A DNA stretch of 64,000 bases from an uncultured Planctomycetales bacterium (GTDB lineage Bacteria; Omnitrophota; Gorgyraeia; Zapsychrales; Fredricksoniimonadaceae): NCBI GenBank assembly GCA_964438075.1, contig CAYTIW010000007.1, forward strand, positions 10,596-74,595. Direction: 5' to 3'. The first letter of the stretch is position 1; every line of letters starts with the position of its first letter. Position numbers and translations under genes: made by a program. The notes beneath the pieces are model-generated. The model was not told the origin of the DNA. It searched no databases and saw only the letters and a list, made by a program, of their open reading frames with translations. This document shows, piece by piece, positions 29,590 through 39,729 of the stretch.

Positions 29590-31067
29590 TTAAGGGGTGA
29601 CTTAAAATCTACTTTGTACAATTTTTGCATGTATAAATTAAGGCTTAGTTCAGGGGTATTGAAATCTTCATTCATGCGTTCACCGATCAAGGTCAGTTTA
29701 TAGAATTTATTCATGAAGCTATAGGAGAACGCTTCGTGTTCCGGGTCAAAGCCGCCGTTAGTATAATAGACCGGCACGCCCAGCAGTAGGTTTTTCTTCA
29801 CTTCTTCCACAAATTTTCTGTAATTCTCCGGGGCCTCGACCGGGAACCATATCGTCCCCCGGCCAGAGTAGTAGGAAATGAAATACGATTCTTCCGCGCT
29901 CACGACCACCGCGTTCTTTCCGGTGACCGTGCTTATATAATGTGCGAACTGTTTTTTGCCGTTATAGCGGTGCCTGAATTCCAGTATCGGGTACATGAAA
30001 CAGAACATGGTCAAGAGGCAGTAAAGGAGCAGGGCCACGGTTATCGGCCGGCTCGTCTCTGATATCAGGCGCAGCATGTAGGAAGCGGCGATGCAGAGGG
30101 GGACCGCAATGATATCCAGATGCCTGGCGGCATAACCGCTGGTGTTCCCGAAATAGAATAAAAGCATGGACCAGGTTATTATGACGCACCCTAAATAGAT
30201 TCTGTGGTGGCGGAATATTTGATAAATCCCGGCGGCAGCCAGGGCGAAGAACAGAAGCGGAATCCCGTAGAAAAGGTGTTCTATGGCGATCGGCAGGACA
30301 AAAGAGTTCAGTCCCAGGAAAGAGACGACGAAGGTGCCTCGAGAGGTCAGCGTATTGAAGATCACCGGCCACAGGTATACCGCAAAAAGGATCATCGATC
30401 CGATGAGCAGGGGGGCCAGCCACGCTGCCAGCGCTTTGGGAGTGTTAAGCGGCCGGGCCTCTTTCATGCAGGGACCAACAGGGGAGGGAACAAAGAACAT
30501 GGCTATAAACAAAGGGAGGGTGACCAGGGCAGCTTCGCGCACCGATAAGGCGATCAAAAAGGCAATGCTGGACCAGCTCAGAAGTTGTGGCGAACCGGTA
30601 TTCCGGCCCCGGCGCACCAGATAGAACGACAGGAGGATGAAGAACATGGCCAAGCCGTGTTCCTTGCCGAAAGTGTTGGGTATGAAATAGAACGGGATGA
30701 ACGAGAACAGCAGAGCGCCGAAAAAGGCTTGGACGCTGTCCGAGAACAGTTCTTTAATCAAAAGGAACAGGGCGACCGCCGAAAGAGAATGAAAAAGCAC
30801 GCCGGAAAATATGGTAACGAGTTCAGCATTGTGGCCGGAAAGATAAAAAGGGAGGTATAGCAAAGCGTTGATCAAGACCCAGCCGTAGCGGCCGTTGGCG
30901 GTCCCTGCAAGGACACCCTTCTGATACAGGTTTTCGACCGCTTGCGCCACAGCAATGCTGTCAAAATGGAATATCCCCTCATTGATCAAGCACAGTCCCG
31001 GAATGAGATTTAGCAGAAATATTACGGTGATAAAATAAAAATTCGGAGGCGTGACAATTCTGTTCAT
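29586..31067 (-). CDS. Polytopic GT-C-like membrane protein, paralog B
   Basis: 493 aa with about 11 hydrophobic segments and a C-terminal soluble domain. It aligns along its whole length with the 31165-32610 product (INEGIFHFDSIAVAQAVE vs INEGLFHMDSVALAMAVE; VQAFFGALLFSFIPFYFIPNTFGKEHG vs VQAFFGALLLSFTPLYFNPNTYGKEHG). The family assignment rests on architecture only. Confidence 0.5.
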   Translation of the reverse strand: MNRIVTPPNFYFITVIFLLNLIPGLCLINEGIFHFDSIAVAQAVENLYQKGVLAGTANGRYGWVLINALLYLPFYLSGHNAELVTIFSGVLFHSLSAVALFLLIKELFSDSVQAFFGALLFSFIPFYFIPNTFGKEHGLAMFFILLSFYLVRRGRNTGSPQLLSWSSIAFLIALSVREAALVTLPLFIAMFFVPSPVGPCMKEARPLNTPKALAAWLAPLLIGSMILFAVYLWPVIFNTLTSRGTFVVSFLGLNSFVLPIAIEHLFYGIPLLFFALAAAGIYQIFRHHRIYLGCVIITWSMLLFYFGNTSGYAARHLDIIAVPLCIAASYMLRLISETSRPITVALLLYCLLTMFCFMYPILEFRHRYNGKKQFAHYISTVTGKNAVVVSAEESYFISYYSGRGTIWFPVEAPENYRKFVEEVKKNLLLGVPVYYTNGGFDPEHEAFSYSFMNKFYKLTLIGERMNEDFNTPELSLNLYMQKLYKVDFKSPLK

Positions 31068-31164
31068 GATTGCATGTTTCTGCCTTTGGGCCTGCCAATA
31101 ACCTGTCGGAGCGATCTTTGTCCGGCCTTTACCTCACGGGTCATTAAGAAATACAACACCGTCG

Positions 31165-32610
31165 CTATCGGTGGCTGACTTTATATAACTTTTGATAAGC
31201 AAAACGGAACCGTAATTCAGGTCGAAGATAATCTTCAATCAGTATGCCGCCGATAAGTTTGATCCGGTAATACTGCTGTATCGTATAGAGAGAACTGGCT
31301 TCGTAACCTTTAAGATAGGGCGAGTCGGTATAATAGACCGGTTTACCTTCTTTCAAGTGGCCTTCAACTTTATTAATAAAAATATTGATCGCTTCGGGGG
31401 AACCGTTTATTGGAAGCCAGGCAGTCTGCCGCTGGCCGTAATACTGGATAAAGGGGAACTGGTTCACGGTTATGATAAGTGCATCCGGTTCCGTACGAAA
31501 TTTTACATATTCCGCCAGCCGCTTTTCTCCATTGTAGCGGTGCCGGAAGGCCAGCATCGGATAGGAGTAGAGGAACATGCTGGCTACGCAGTAGATCACT
31601 AAGGAACTGATCAATACTTTTGAACGGGGGTAAAGTTTAGCGAGAGGATAGGACGCAAACACATAAATGGGGATCAGGACCACATCCAAGAACCGGACAG
31701 CATACCACTTGGTGCATCCATGTACCAGGATCAGCAACAGCCATAACAAGAAAAGCAGGGTCAGAAAGGGGGTCCCGCTCCTGGCCATGTTCCATATACC
31801 CAAAAGCATGAACACGAAGACCAGGAAGGGCATGCTCATTTGCAGGTCGCTTAAGGCTGGGAGGAGGGTCGGGCTGAGTATGCTGGTCAACTCTGCGCCC
31901 CGGGCTGATTGCAGTAGATAGCCCCATGCCATCACAGCCAGCGGGATCAATAGCGGGACAAAAAAGGCGATAAGCTTGACCGCTGAGAAACGTTTCAAAG
32001 GCATAATGATCTTGAAGGGGCGCCATCCTATAGCTGGATTTAGGAACAGCAGTATGAACAACAGCAGGGTAGATAGTTGCGATTCCCGCACCGCTATAGA
32101 TAAGACATAACAAAGGCTGGCCAGTGCCAGCGTTAAAGGGCTGTCCTTTTCGACGCCGCGGTGAAGGATAATGAAAGATGTCAACAGTAAGAAGATGCCC
32201 ATTCCGTGTTCTTTGCCGTATGTGTTGGGATTGAAATAGAGCGGCGTGAAGGATAGTAAAAGTGCCCCGAAAAAGGCCTGGACGCCGTCGCGGAACAGGT
32301 TTCTTATTAAATAATAGAAAGCCACCACGGACAATGAATGGAAAAGGACGCTGGAGATGCGGGTCGCCAATTCGGCATTCTGCCCCAGAAGGTGGAACGG
32401 CCAGTAAAGAAGGGAATTGATGGCTACAGCGCCATAGCGGCCCAGTACCGCCGGCTGCAAGATCCCTGTCTGGTATGTGTGTTCGACCGCCATGGCCAGC
32501 GCCACGCTGTCCATGTGGAAAAGACCTTCATTGATAAAAAGCAGGCCAACGATGAAATTGAGCAGGAATAATCCGGGAGGGACCAGCCGTGCTGCGCAGA
32601 ACCGACTCAT
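31165..32610 (-). CDS. Polytopic GT-C-like membrane protein, paralog A
   Basis: 481 aa and a tandem paralog of the 29586-31067 product, as described for that feature. The C-terminal soluble domain ends in ...RFAYQKLYKV, compared with ...NLYMQKLYKV in the paralog. Confidence 0.5.
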   Translation of the reverse strand: MSRFCAARLVPPGLFLLNFIVGLLFINEGLFHMDSVALAMAVEHTYQTGILQPAVLGRYGAVAINSLLYWPFHLLGQNAELATRISSVLFHSLSVVAFYYLIRNLFRDGVQAFFGALLLSFTPLYFNPNTYGKEHGMGIFLLLTSFIILHRGVEKDSPLTLALASLCYVLSIAVRESQLSTLLLFILLFLNPAIGWRPFKIIMPLKRFSAVKLIAFFVPLLIPLAVMAWGYLLQSARGAELTSILSPTLLPALSDLQMSMPFLVFVFMLLGIWNMARSGTPFLTLLFLLWLLLILVHGCTKWYAVRFLDVVLIPIYVFASYPLAKLYPRSKVLISSLVIYCVASMFLYSYPMLAFRHRYNGEKRLAEYVKFRTEPDALIITVNQFPFIQYYGQRQTAWLPINGSPEAINIFINKVEGHLKEGKPVYYTDSPYLKGYEASSLYTIQQYYRIKLIGGILIEDYLRPELRFRFAYQKLYKVSHR

Positions 32611-32743
32611 AATTTCCGCTCCATTTTTGTCTTCCCCTTCTGCAGGTTTGAATTATTCAATAATCCTAACGGGCAAACAGATATTTTTCAATAACAACAT
32701 TACCGAATAAGAGTGACAATCGTTCTAAAGTGTATAAAGCCCA

Positions 32744-32772
32744 TTGACGCCCTGGGACGAATTACTTATAAT
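32744..32772 (+). promoter_or_regulatory. Sigma-70-like promoter for acnA
   Basis: TTGACG (32744-32749), a 17-nt spacer, then TATAAT (32767-32772). It lies about 110 nt upstream of the acnA ATG and inside the N-terminal extension of the track ORF. Confidence 0.55.
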
Positions 32773-32880
32773 TCAAACTTCACTCGTGATACAGGGGACA
32801 GCAAAAATCGGCGGCACATTTACTTTTCATCTCTAAGCCGGACTGGCAAGGACTTGTCAGCATGTCCTGGGAGGAAATGG

Positions 32881-35583
32881 ATGGAATTCGATAAGAACAG
32901 GTTCATTAAGCAGATCGTCATATCGGGAAAGAAATATACTGTCTACAGCCTTCCGGCCTTGGCCAAAGCCGGTTTTGGTGATCCAGCCGTATTGCCTTTT
33001 TCTATCCGCATATTGTTGGAGAGTGCCTTGAGGAATTTCGACAATTACCAGATCAGTATGGATGATATCAAGACATTAGCCGGCTGGAAGCCGAAGAATA
33101 TGCTCGCCGAGGTCGCGTTCAAGCCGGGACGCGTGATCCTGCAGGATTTTACCGGGGTACCTTGCGTGGTCGATCTGGCGGCCATGAGATCGGCCATGAA
33201 GAAGATGGGCGGTGATGTGAAAAGGATCAATCCCCAGGTCCCCTGCGATCTGGTGGTCGATCATTCATTGCAAGTCGACGCGTTTGGTTCAACCGATTCT
33301 TTCAGCAGGAACGTGGCTCTGGAGTTCAAACGCAACAAGGAACGCTACCAGTTCCTGAAATGGGGGCAGGCTGCCTTTGCCAATTTCCGCGTCATCCCGC
33401 CGGCCACCGGCATAATCCATCAGGTTAACCTCGAATATCTGGCATCCGGGGTACTGCAAAAAAGGGTTCCGGGCCAGCCGACAGTATTATTTCCCGATTC
33501 ACTGGTCGGGACCGACAGCCATACGACCATGATAAACGGGTTAGGCATAGTCGGTTGGGGAGTAGGGGGCATTGAGGCTGAATCGGTCATGCTAGGAGAG
33601 CCTCTTAATATGGTCATGCCTGAGGTCATCGGTGTCCGTGTCAGCGGGAAAATGAACGAGGGCGTGACCGCCTCGGACGTGGTCCTGACCGTGGTCCAGC
33701 TTTTGCGCAAGCGCGGGGTCGTGGACAAATTTGTTGAATTCTTCGGTCCCGGCATACAGAACCTCAGTCTGGCTGACCGCGCCACCATATCCAATATGTG
33801 CCCGGAATATGGGGCCACGCTCGGCATATTCCCGGTCGATAAGACCACCATCGATTATTACCGTATGACCGGACGCGCCAAGGAGGCCAAGCTGGTCGAG
33901 AGATATTATAAAGCGCAAGGTCTTTTCGACCCGTACCGGAAAGCCGAGCCTGAATTCACTGACGTCCTGACATTGGATCTGGGAACTATTGAACCGTGCC
34001 TGGCCGGTCCGAAACGTCCCCAGGACAGGGTTAGACTGGCGGACCTGAAGGAAACTTTCACCTCCGCTTTGACTGCGCCGTTAGGGCATAACGGGTTCGG
34101 TCTGGCACCGGCTGACCTGGAAAGAACTGAACCGGTGGCTAGGACGTCTGAATCTATAACCCACGGCAGTGTTGTATTAGCGGCTATCACCAGTTGCACC
34201 AACACCTCCAATCCATATGTTCTGATCGGGGCCGGACTGCTGGCGCAAAAAGCGGTTCAGAAAGGCCTCAAAGTGAAAAGTTTCGTGAAGACTTCGCTTA
34301 CCCCCGGCTCTCAAGTGGTGGATGAATATCTCCGGCGTGCCGGGCTCATGCAAGGCCTGGAGGCGCTAGGGTTCCATAATGTAGGTTACGGCTGCGCCAC
34401 TTGTATCGGTAATAGCGGACCGTTGCCGGAACCAGTGTCAGCCGCTATCGAGAAGGGCGGATTGATCGCAGCCAGCGTCACTTCGGGGAACCGCAATTTT
34501 GAAGGACGTATCAACCCGCACGTAAAGGCCAACTATCTGGCTTCTCCTATGCTGGTAGTGGCCTATGCCATCGCCGGAACGGTCAGGAAGAACCTTTTTG
34601 ACGAGCCGATCGGGCAGGACCGGCACGGCAATGACGTCTATTTGAACGATATCTGGCCTCGGCAGAAGGAGATCGATTCGGTCATAAAGAAGTTCGTTAC
34701 CGCGAAAGTATTTTCCGGCAAATACAGGAACGCGGCCAGGGGGAACCCGAACTGGCGCGCGATCAAGCCCCCGAAAAGCGAGCTTTACCGCTGGAACCCG
34801 AAGAGCACTTATATACAACATCCGCCTTATTTTGAAACTATCACCGGGAAACTGCTGGCCCTTGAAGACATCAAAGGCTCCCGGGTATTGGTCATGCTGG
34901 GCGACTCGATAACTACCGACCATATCTCTCCGGCAGGGAACATTTCTCCCGCCAGTCCGGCCGGTGAATATCTGACCAGCCTGGGTATTGAGCGTAAGGA
35001 TTTCAACAGCTACGGTTCCCGCAGGGGGAATGACCGGGTCATGGCCCGCGGCACGTTCGCCAATATCCGTCTGCGTAACCTCCTGGCGCCCGGAACGGAA
35101 GGGTCGTTCACTACCTATTTCCCGACCGGTGAGAAATTGAGCATCTTTGAAGCCTCCTGCCGCTATAAAAGTTCAGGCATCCCGCTGATCGGGATAGCTG
35201 GCAAGGAGTACGGGACAGGATCAAGCCGGGACTGGGCAGCCAAAGGGCCGGCCCTTCTTGGTATCCGCGTGGTCATAGCGGAAACATTCGAGCGTATACA
35301 CCGTAGCAACCTGGCGGGGATGGGCATATTGCCGCTGCAGTTCAGACCGGGGGAGAACGCCGGTAGCCTCGGATTGACCGGCGCCGAATTATACGATTTT
35401 ATCGGGCTTTCGGAGAAACTGCGTCCGCGTCAAGAGATAAGCGTTGTAGCCTCTGCCCCGGACGGTACGCAAAGAAACTTCAGTGCCATAGTCAGGCTGG
35501 ACACCCCGGTGGAGATAGATTATTACCGTAACGGCGGCATACTGCCGGCCGTCCTCCGGAAAATTGCATGTAAGCCTGATTGA
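32881..35583 (+). CDS. acnA: Aconitate hydratase A
   Basis: About 900 aa from the ATG at 32881 (GGGAGG upstream). AcnA segments are [67 protein letters not shown] and [14 protein letters not shown]. Confidence 0.93.
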   Translation: MEFDKNRFIKQIVISGKKYTVYSLPALAKAGFGDPAVLPFSIRILLESALRNFDNYQISMDDIKTLAGWKPKNMLAEVAFKPGRVILQDFTGVPCVVDLAAMRSAMKKMGGDVKRINPQVPCDLVVDHSLQVDAFGSTDSFSRNVALEFKRNKERYQFLKWGQAAFANFRVIPPATGIIHQVNLEYLASGVLQKRVPGQPTVLFPDSLVGTDSHTTMINGLGIVGWGVGGIEAESVMLGEPLNMVMPEVIGVRVSGKMNEGVTASDVVLTVVQLLRKRGVVDKFVEFFGPGIQNLSLADRATISNMCPEYGATLGIFPVDKTTIDYYRMTGRAKEAKLVERYYKAQGLFDPYRKAEPEFTDVLTLDLGTIEPCLAGPKRPQDRVRLADLKETFTSALTAPLGHNGFGLAPADLERTEPVARTSESITHGSVVLAAITSCTNTSNPYVLIGAGLLAQKAVQKGLKVKSFVKTSLTPGSQVVDEYLRRAGLMQGLEALGFHNVGYGCATCIGNSGPLPEPVSAAIEKGGLIAASVTSGNRNFEGRINPHVKANYLASPMLVVAYAIAGTVRKNLFDEPIGQDRHGNDVYLNDIWPRQKEIDSVIKKFVTAKVFSGKYRNAARGNPNWRAIKPPKSELYRWNPKSTYIQHPPYFETITGKLLALEDIKGSRVLVMLGDSITTDHISPAGNISPASPAGEYLTSLGIERKDFNSYGSRRGNDRVMARGTFANIRLRNLLAPGTEGSFTTYFPTGEKLSIFEASCRYKSSGIPLIGIAGKEYGTGSSRDWAAKGPALLGIRVVIAETFERIHRSNLAGMGILPLQFRPGENAGSLGLTGAELYDFIGLSEKLRPRQEISVVASAPDGTQRNFSAIVRLDTPVEIDYYRNGGILPAVLRKIACKPD

Positions 35584-35635
35584 CACTTCCGACGGCAGTC
35601 CCTATAATAGGCCGCGGATGCAGATCGGAGATGTG

Positions 35636-37045
35636 ATGGGCAAAACCATGTATGAGAAAATATGGGATGCACACCTGGTCCACGAGGGGCAGGGGACCGT
35701 GTCCATACTTTACGTTGACCGCCAGCTTGTGCATGAAGTTACCAGTCCGCAGGCGTTCGAAGGCCTGCGCCTGGCCAAACGCAAGGTACGATGCCCGCAC
35801 AAGACCTTTGCCACCATGGACCACAATGTCCCTACTCGGAGCAAGGATATCTCGCTGGCCAAGGACATATCGCGCGTCCAGATGGACCAGCTTCAAAAGA
35901 ATTGCGCCGAGTTCGGTATTAGATGTTTCGACTTCATGGACGACGACCAAGGCGTTGTGCATATAATCGGGCCCGAGATGGGGATCACCCAGCCGGGCAT
36001 GGTCATAGTTTGCGGAGACTCCCACACCGCGACCCACGGCGCATTCGGTGCCATTGCCTTTGGTATCGGGACATCGGAAGTCGAGCATGTCCTGGTCACG
36101 CAGACACTGCAACAGCGAAGATCCAAGACCATGCTCATTACGATCGATGGCAAACTGGACAAAGAGGTCGCCCCCAAGGACGTGATCCTTTATATCATCG
36201 GCCAGATAGGCACGGCCGGAGCGACGGGCTATGTTATCGAATACGCCGGGTCGGCCATACGCGATATGTCCATGGAAGGCCGTATGACAATATGCAATAT
36301 GTCGATAGAGGCTGGCGCCCGTGCCGGCATGATAGCCCCTGACGACACCACATTCACCTATCTTCAGGGACGCGATTATGCCCCCAAAGGCGAGCAGTGG
36401 GTCAAGGCGGTCGCTTACTGGAAGACGCTGAAAAGCGATCCTGATGCCAAATTTGATAAAGTGATCAAGATCAAGGCCAAGGATATCGAGCCTCAGGTAA
36501 CTTGGGGAACCAGTCCTGGACAGGTAACCTCAGTTAACGGGGTCGTTCCTGATCCTGATAATATCAAGGACCCGGTCGCCCAGAAGGCAGCTAAAGCCGC
36601 TTTAAAATATATGGAACTGGTGCCCGGCACCAAAATAACGGATATTAAGATAGACATGGTCTTTATCGGTTCTTGTACCAACGGTCGCATTGAGGACCTG
36701 CGGGCCGCTGCCATGGTGGCAAAAGGCAAGAAGGTCGCGAAGTCGGTGCAGGCCATAGTGGTGCCAGGCTCTAACAGGGTCAAGCGCCAGGCAGAAAAGG
36801 AAGGTCTGGATAAAATATTCATTGGTGCCGGCTTTGAATGGCGGTATGCCGGTTGCTCGATGTGTCTGGCCATGAACGATGACCAGTTGAAGCCCGGCCA
36901 GCGCTGTGCTTCGACATCGAACCGTAATTTTGAGGGACGGCAAGGTCCCGGAGGCCGCACGCACTTGGTGAGCCCGGAAATTGCCGCTGCTAGCGCGATA
37001 ACCGGCCGCATAACTGATATCAGGACTTTCTTGGAAAAGAAATGA
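35636..37045 (+). CDS. leuC: 3-isopropylmalate dehydratase large subunit
   Basis: About 469 aa from the ATG at 35636 ([15 protein letters not shown], the typical LeuC N-terminus). It has [24 protein letters not shown] and the cluster Cys region [10 protein letters not shown]. Confidence 0.88.
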   Translation: MGKTMYEKIWDAHLVHEGQGTVSILYVDRQLVHEVTSPQAFEGLRLAKRKVRCPHKTFATMDHNVPTRSKDISLAKDISRVQMDQLQKNCAEFGIRCFDFMDDDQGVVHIIGPEMGITQPGMVIVCGDSHTATHGAFGAIAFGIGTSEVEHVLVTQTLQQRRSKTMLITIDGKLDKEVAPKDVILYIIGQIGTAGATGYVIEYAGSAIRDMSMEGRMTICNMSIEAGARAGMIAPDDTTFTYLQGRDYAPKGEQWVKAVAYWKTLKSDPDAKFDKVIKIKAKDIEPQVTWGTSPGQVTSVNGVVPDPDNIKDPVAQKAAKAALKYMELVPGTKITDIKIDMVFIGSCTNGRIEDLRAAAMVAKGKKVAKSVQAIVVPGSNRVKRQAEKEGLDKIFIGAGFEWRYAGCSMCLAMNDDQLKPGQRCASTSNRNFEGRQGPGGRTHLVSPEIAAASAITGRITDIRTFLEKK

Positions 37046-37114
37046 TCGACAGGTTCTGCCATTTCCATAAAGGTCGAACCTATTTCTTGTAACCTTCGTC
37101 CCTCGGGGAAAAAT

Positions 37115-37726
37115 ATGGACCCGTTCACTACTTTAACCGGCATAGCAGTTCCGTTGGACCGCTCCAACGTAGATACCGACGCCATCATACCCAAACAATT
37201 CCTGCGCAAGATCGAGCGGACCGGTTTCGGCAAGCACCTTTTCCACGAATGGCGTTACACGGATTATGAGGGCACAAAGGAAGACCCCGAGTTCATCCTG
37301 AACAAGGAACCTTACCGCAAGGCGACTATACTGCTGGCCAGAGATAATTTCGGCTGTGGTTCATCGCGCGAACATGCGCCTTGGGCGCTCTACGATTTTG
37401 GTTTCCGTTGCATAATAGCCCCAAGTTTTGCGGATATTTTCTATAACAATTGCATTAATAACGGGATACTTCTGGTGCGTTTAAAACCCGATGAGGTCGA
37501 TGAGCTTTTTGCCGTTGCCGCCTTCGGCGCTTCAGGTCGCATAGCCGTGGACCTGGACAAACAGGTCGTCGCCGCGGCAGGGAAGAAGTATGCTTTTACT
37601 ATTGACCCTTTTCACAAAGAATGCTTGTTAAAAGGATTGGACCAGATCGGTTGGACCATGCAATTCATAACTCAGATCGACGCCTTTGAAAAGAAGCTGG
37701 CGGCGGAGAAGCCCTGGCTGGCCTGA
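37115..37726 (+). CDS. leuD: 3-isopropylmalate dehydratase small subunit
   Basis: 203 aa. It has [22 protein letters not shown] and [15 protein letters not shown]. It lies directly downstream of leuC. Confidence 0.88.
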   Translation: MDPFTTLTGIAVPLDRSNVDTDAIIPKQFLRKIERTGFGKHLFHEWRYTDYEGTKEDPEFILNKEPYRKATILLARDNFGCGSSREHAPWALYDFGFRCIIAPSFADIFYNNCINNGILLVRLKPDEVDELFAVAAFGASGRIAVDLDKQVVAAAGKKYAFTIDPFHKECLLKGLDQIGWTMQFITQIDAFEKKLAAEKPWLA

Positions 37727-37767
37727 ATATCGCCATATCTAGCTGGAAAAGAAAGAAGGATGTGCAG

Positions 37768-38832
37768 ATGGCCGGGAATATATTTGGCGAAATCTTTCGC
37801 GTCATGACCTTTGGCGAAAGCCATGGTGCTGCCATCGGCTGCGTGATCGACGGGGTGCCGCCCGGTATCGAGCTCTCGCAAAGTGATATCCAAAAGGATC
37901 TGGACCGCCGCAAGCCGGGACAGAGCGAGGTGACCACCCAGCGCAAAGAAAGCGATACTGTGGAGCTATTGTCAGGGGTGTTCGAGGGCAAGACCACCGG
38001 GGCCCCTCTTGCGCTTTTACTTCGTAACAGCGACCATAGATCAGAGGATTATACGGCCTTACAGGAAGTTTTCCGGCCTGGCCACGCGGATCAAGGATAT
38101 CACCAGAAATTCGGTATCCGTGACCACCGCGGAGGCGGGCGTTCTTCGGGGAGGGAGACCGCGGCCCGTGTGGCGGCCGGAGCCGTGGCAAAAAAGATAC
38201 TGGATTCCTACGGCGTACGAATAACGGCCTATTCGCTGGCCATCGCGGATGTTCGCGCCACCACCATAGACCTGAGCGTGATCGAGAATAATATCGTCAG
38301 GGCTCCAGATATGCTGGCAGCCCAAGAAATGGTCAAGCGTGTCAATCAGGCGCAGGCGGCAGGCGATTCTGTCGGCGGGATAATCGAGACCGTTGTCAAC
38401 GGCTGTCCGGCCGGCCTGGGGGATCCCGTGTTCGACAAACTTGAAGCTAAGCTGTCCCATGCCGTGATGTCGATAGGGGCAGTTAAAGGGATCGAGTTCG
38501 GGGCCGGGTTTGCCGTGGCCCAAATGAACGGGTCCCTCAACAACGATGAAATCGCGGTGGAATCCGGCAGTATAAAAACCCGCCACAATTTCGCCGGTGG
38601 GATATCCGGCGGGATCTCCAACGGAGAGCCCATTGTATTCCGCCTGGCAGTAAAACCGCCATCTTCCATTGCCAAGAGACAAAAAGCCGCTACTAAAGAT
38701 ATGCAGCTGGCTGAAATAGAGATCAAAGGCCGTCACGACCCGTGCCTGTGTCCCCGCATCGTTCCTGTTGTCGAGGCCATGACAGCGCTGGTCCTGATGG
38801 ACGCTATTCTTCTGCAAAAGACCATCCACTGA
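37768..38832 (+). CDS. aroC: Chorismate synthase
   Basis: The start at 37768 gives MAGNIFGEIFRVMTFGESHG, the canonical AroC N-terminus. It also has RPGHAD, GGGRSSGRETAARVAAGA and KGRHDPC. Confidence 0.92.
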   Translation: MAGNIFGEIFRVMTFGESHGAAIGCVIDGVPPGIELSQSDIQKDLDRRKPGQSEVTTQRKESDTVELLSGVFEGKTTGAPLALLLRNSDHRSEDYTALQEVFRPGHADQGYHQKFGIRDHRGGGRSSGRETAARVAAGAVAKKILDSYGVRITAYSLAIADVRATTIDLSVIENNIVRAPDMLAAQEMVKRVNQAQAAGDSVGGIIETVVNGCPAGLGDPVFDKLEAKLSHAVMSIGAVKGIEFGAGFAVAQMNGSLNNDEIAVESGSIKTRHNFAGGISGGISNGEPIVFRLAVKPPSSIAKRQKAATKDMQLAEIEIKGRHDPCLCPRIVPVVEAMTALVLMDAILLQKTIH

Positions 38833-38841
38833 TCTAAGGCT

Positions 38842-39729
38842 ATGGGAGATAACCCCAGCCCCAAAGTGATCCTTATCACCGGTTCTTCGAGCGGTTTCGG
38901 GTATTTCTCGGCCATCCGCCTCGCAGAGGCCGGGCATATTGTTTACGCCACTATGCGCGATACCTCCCGGGGTGAATTGCTGCGTTGCGAGGCGGTCAAG
39001 ATGAACTGTGCGCCGCGCATGCATATTTTGCCTCTTGACGTTACAAAACCAGAGACTATTAGAACCACCATCAAGGATATCGTCGCAGCGGAAGGGGTCA
39101 TCGATGTGCTGGTAAATAATGCTGGTTTCGGCGTGGGAGGTTTCTTTGAAGACCTTTCACTGGATGATTTCCAGCAGCAGTTCGATGTCAATTTTTTCGG
39201 GGCCCTTAATGTTACCAGGGAGGTGGTCCCGGTCATGAGGCCGCGGCGCAAGGGGAAAATAATCAACATCTCCAGCATGGCCGCATTTGCTGGAATGCCA
39301 TGTTTCAGCGCTTACTGTTCGAGCAAATGGGCCTTGGAAGGTTTTTCGGAGTGCCTGTACATGGAATTGAAGCCTTTCGGTATCCATGTGGTCCTGGTCG
39401 AGCCGGGAAGCTACCGGACGAGAATATTCGAAGAGAATGCCCGCTATGCCAAGAGATTTGCCGATCCTGGCAGCCCGTATTATGAAGCCAGTCAACATCT
39501 CAAAAAGTACGTATTGGAGAGTATAAAACAAAATAGCCGCGACCCGGACGAAGTAGCCAGGGTAGTTAAAAAGATCGTTGGCCAAAATGATCCTGCTTTC
39601 AGGAATATAGTAGGATGGGACAATAAGCTTAAAGCCCTCGGCTTACGTATCCGACCGGTCCCGTTCAAGCTTCACGCTGACCTGGTCAATCTGGCGCTTA
39701 TTCCTCCATCCGACCAAAAGCATGCTTAA
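38842..39729 (+). CDS. Short-chain dehydrogenase/reductase (SDR)
   Basis: 295 aa. It has the cofactor motif ITGSSSGFG, NNAG, and the catalytic S...YCSSK (YxxxK). Confidence 0.85.
   Translation: MGDNPSPKVILITGSSSGFGYFSAIRLAEAGHIVYATMRDTSRGELLRCEAVKMNCAPRMHILPLDVTKPETIRTTIKDIVAAEGVIDVLVNNAGFGVGGFFEDLSLDDFQQQFDVNFFGALNVTREVVPVMRPRRKGKIINISSMAAFAGMPCFSAYCSSKWALEGFSECLYMELKPFGIHVVLVEPGSYRTRIFEENARYAKRFADPGSPYYEASQHLKKYVLESIKQNSRDPDEVARVVKKIVGQNDPAFRNIVGWDNKLKALGLRIRPVPFKLHADLVNLALIPPSDQKHA

Noticed and set aside
32713-32880. 56-codon N-terminal extension of aconitase from a GTG at 32713, as in the ORF track.
   Set aside because: A near-consensus promoter (TTGACG-17-TATAAT, 32744-32772) sits inside it. 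The extension has no aconitase similarity, and the ATG at 32881 has a GGGAGG SD.
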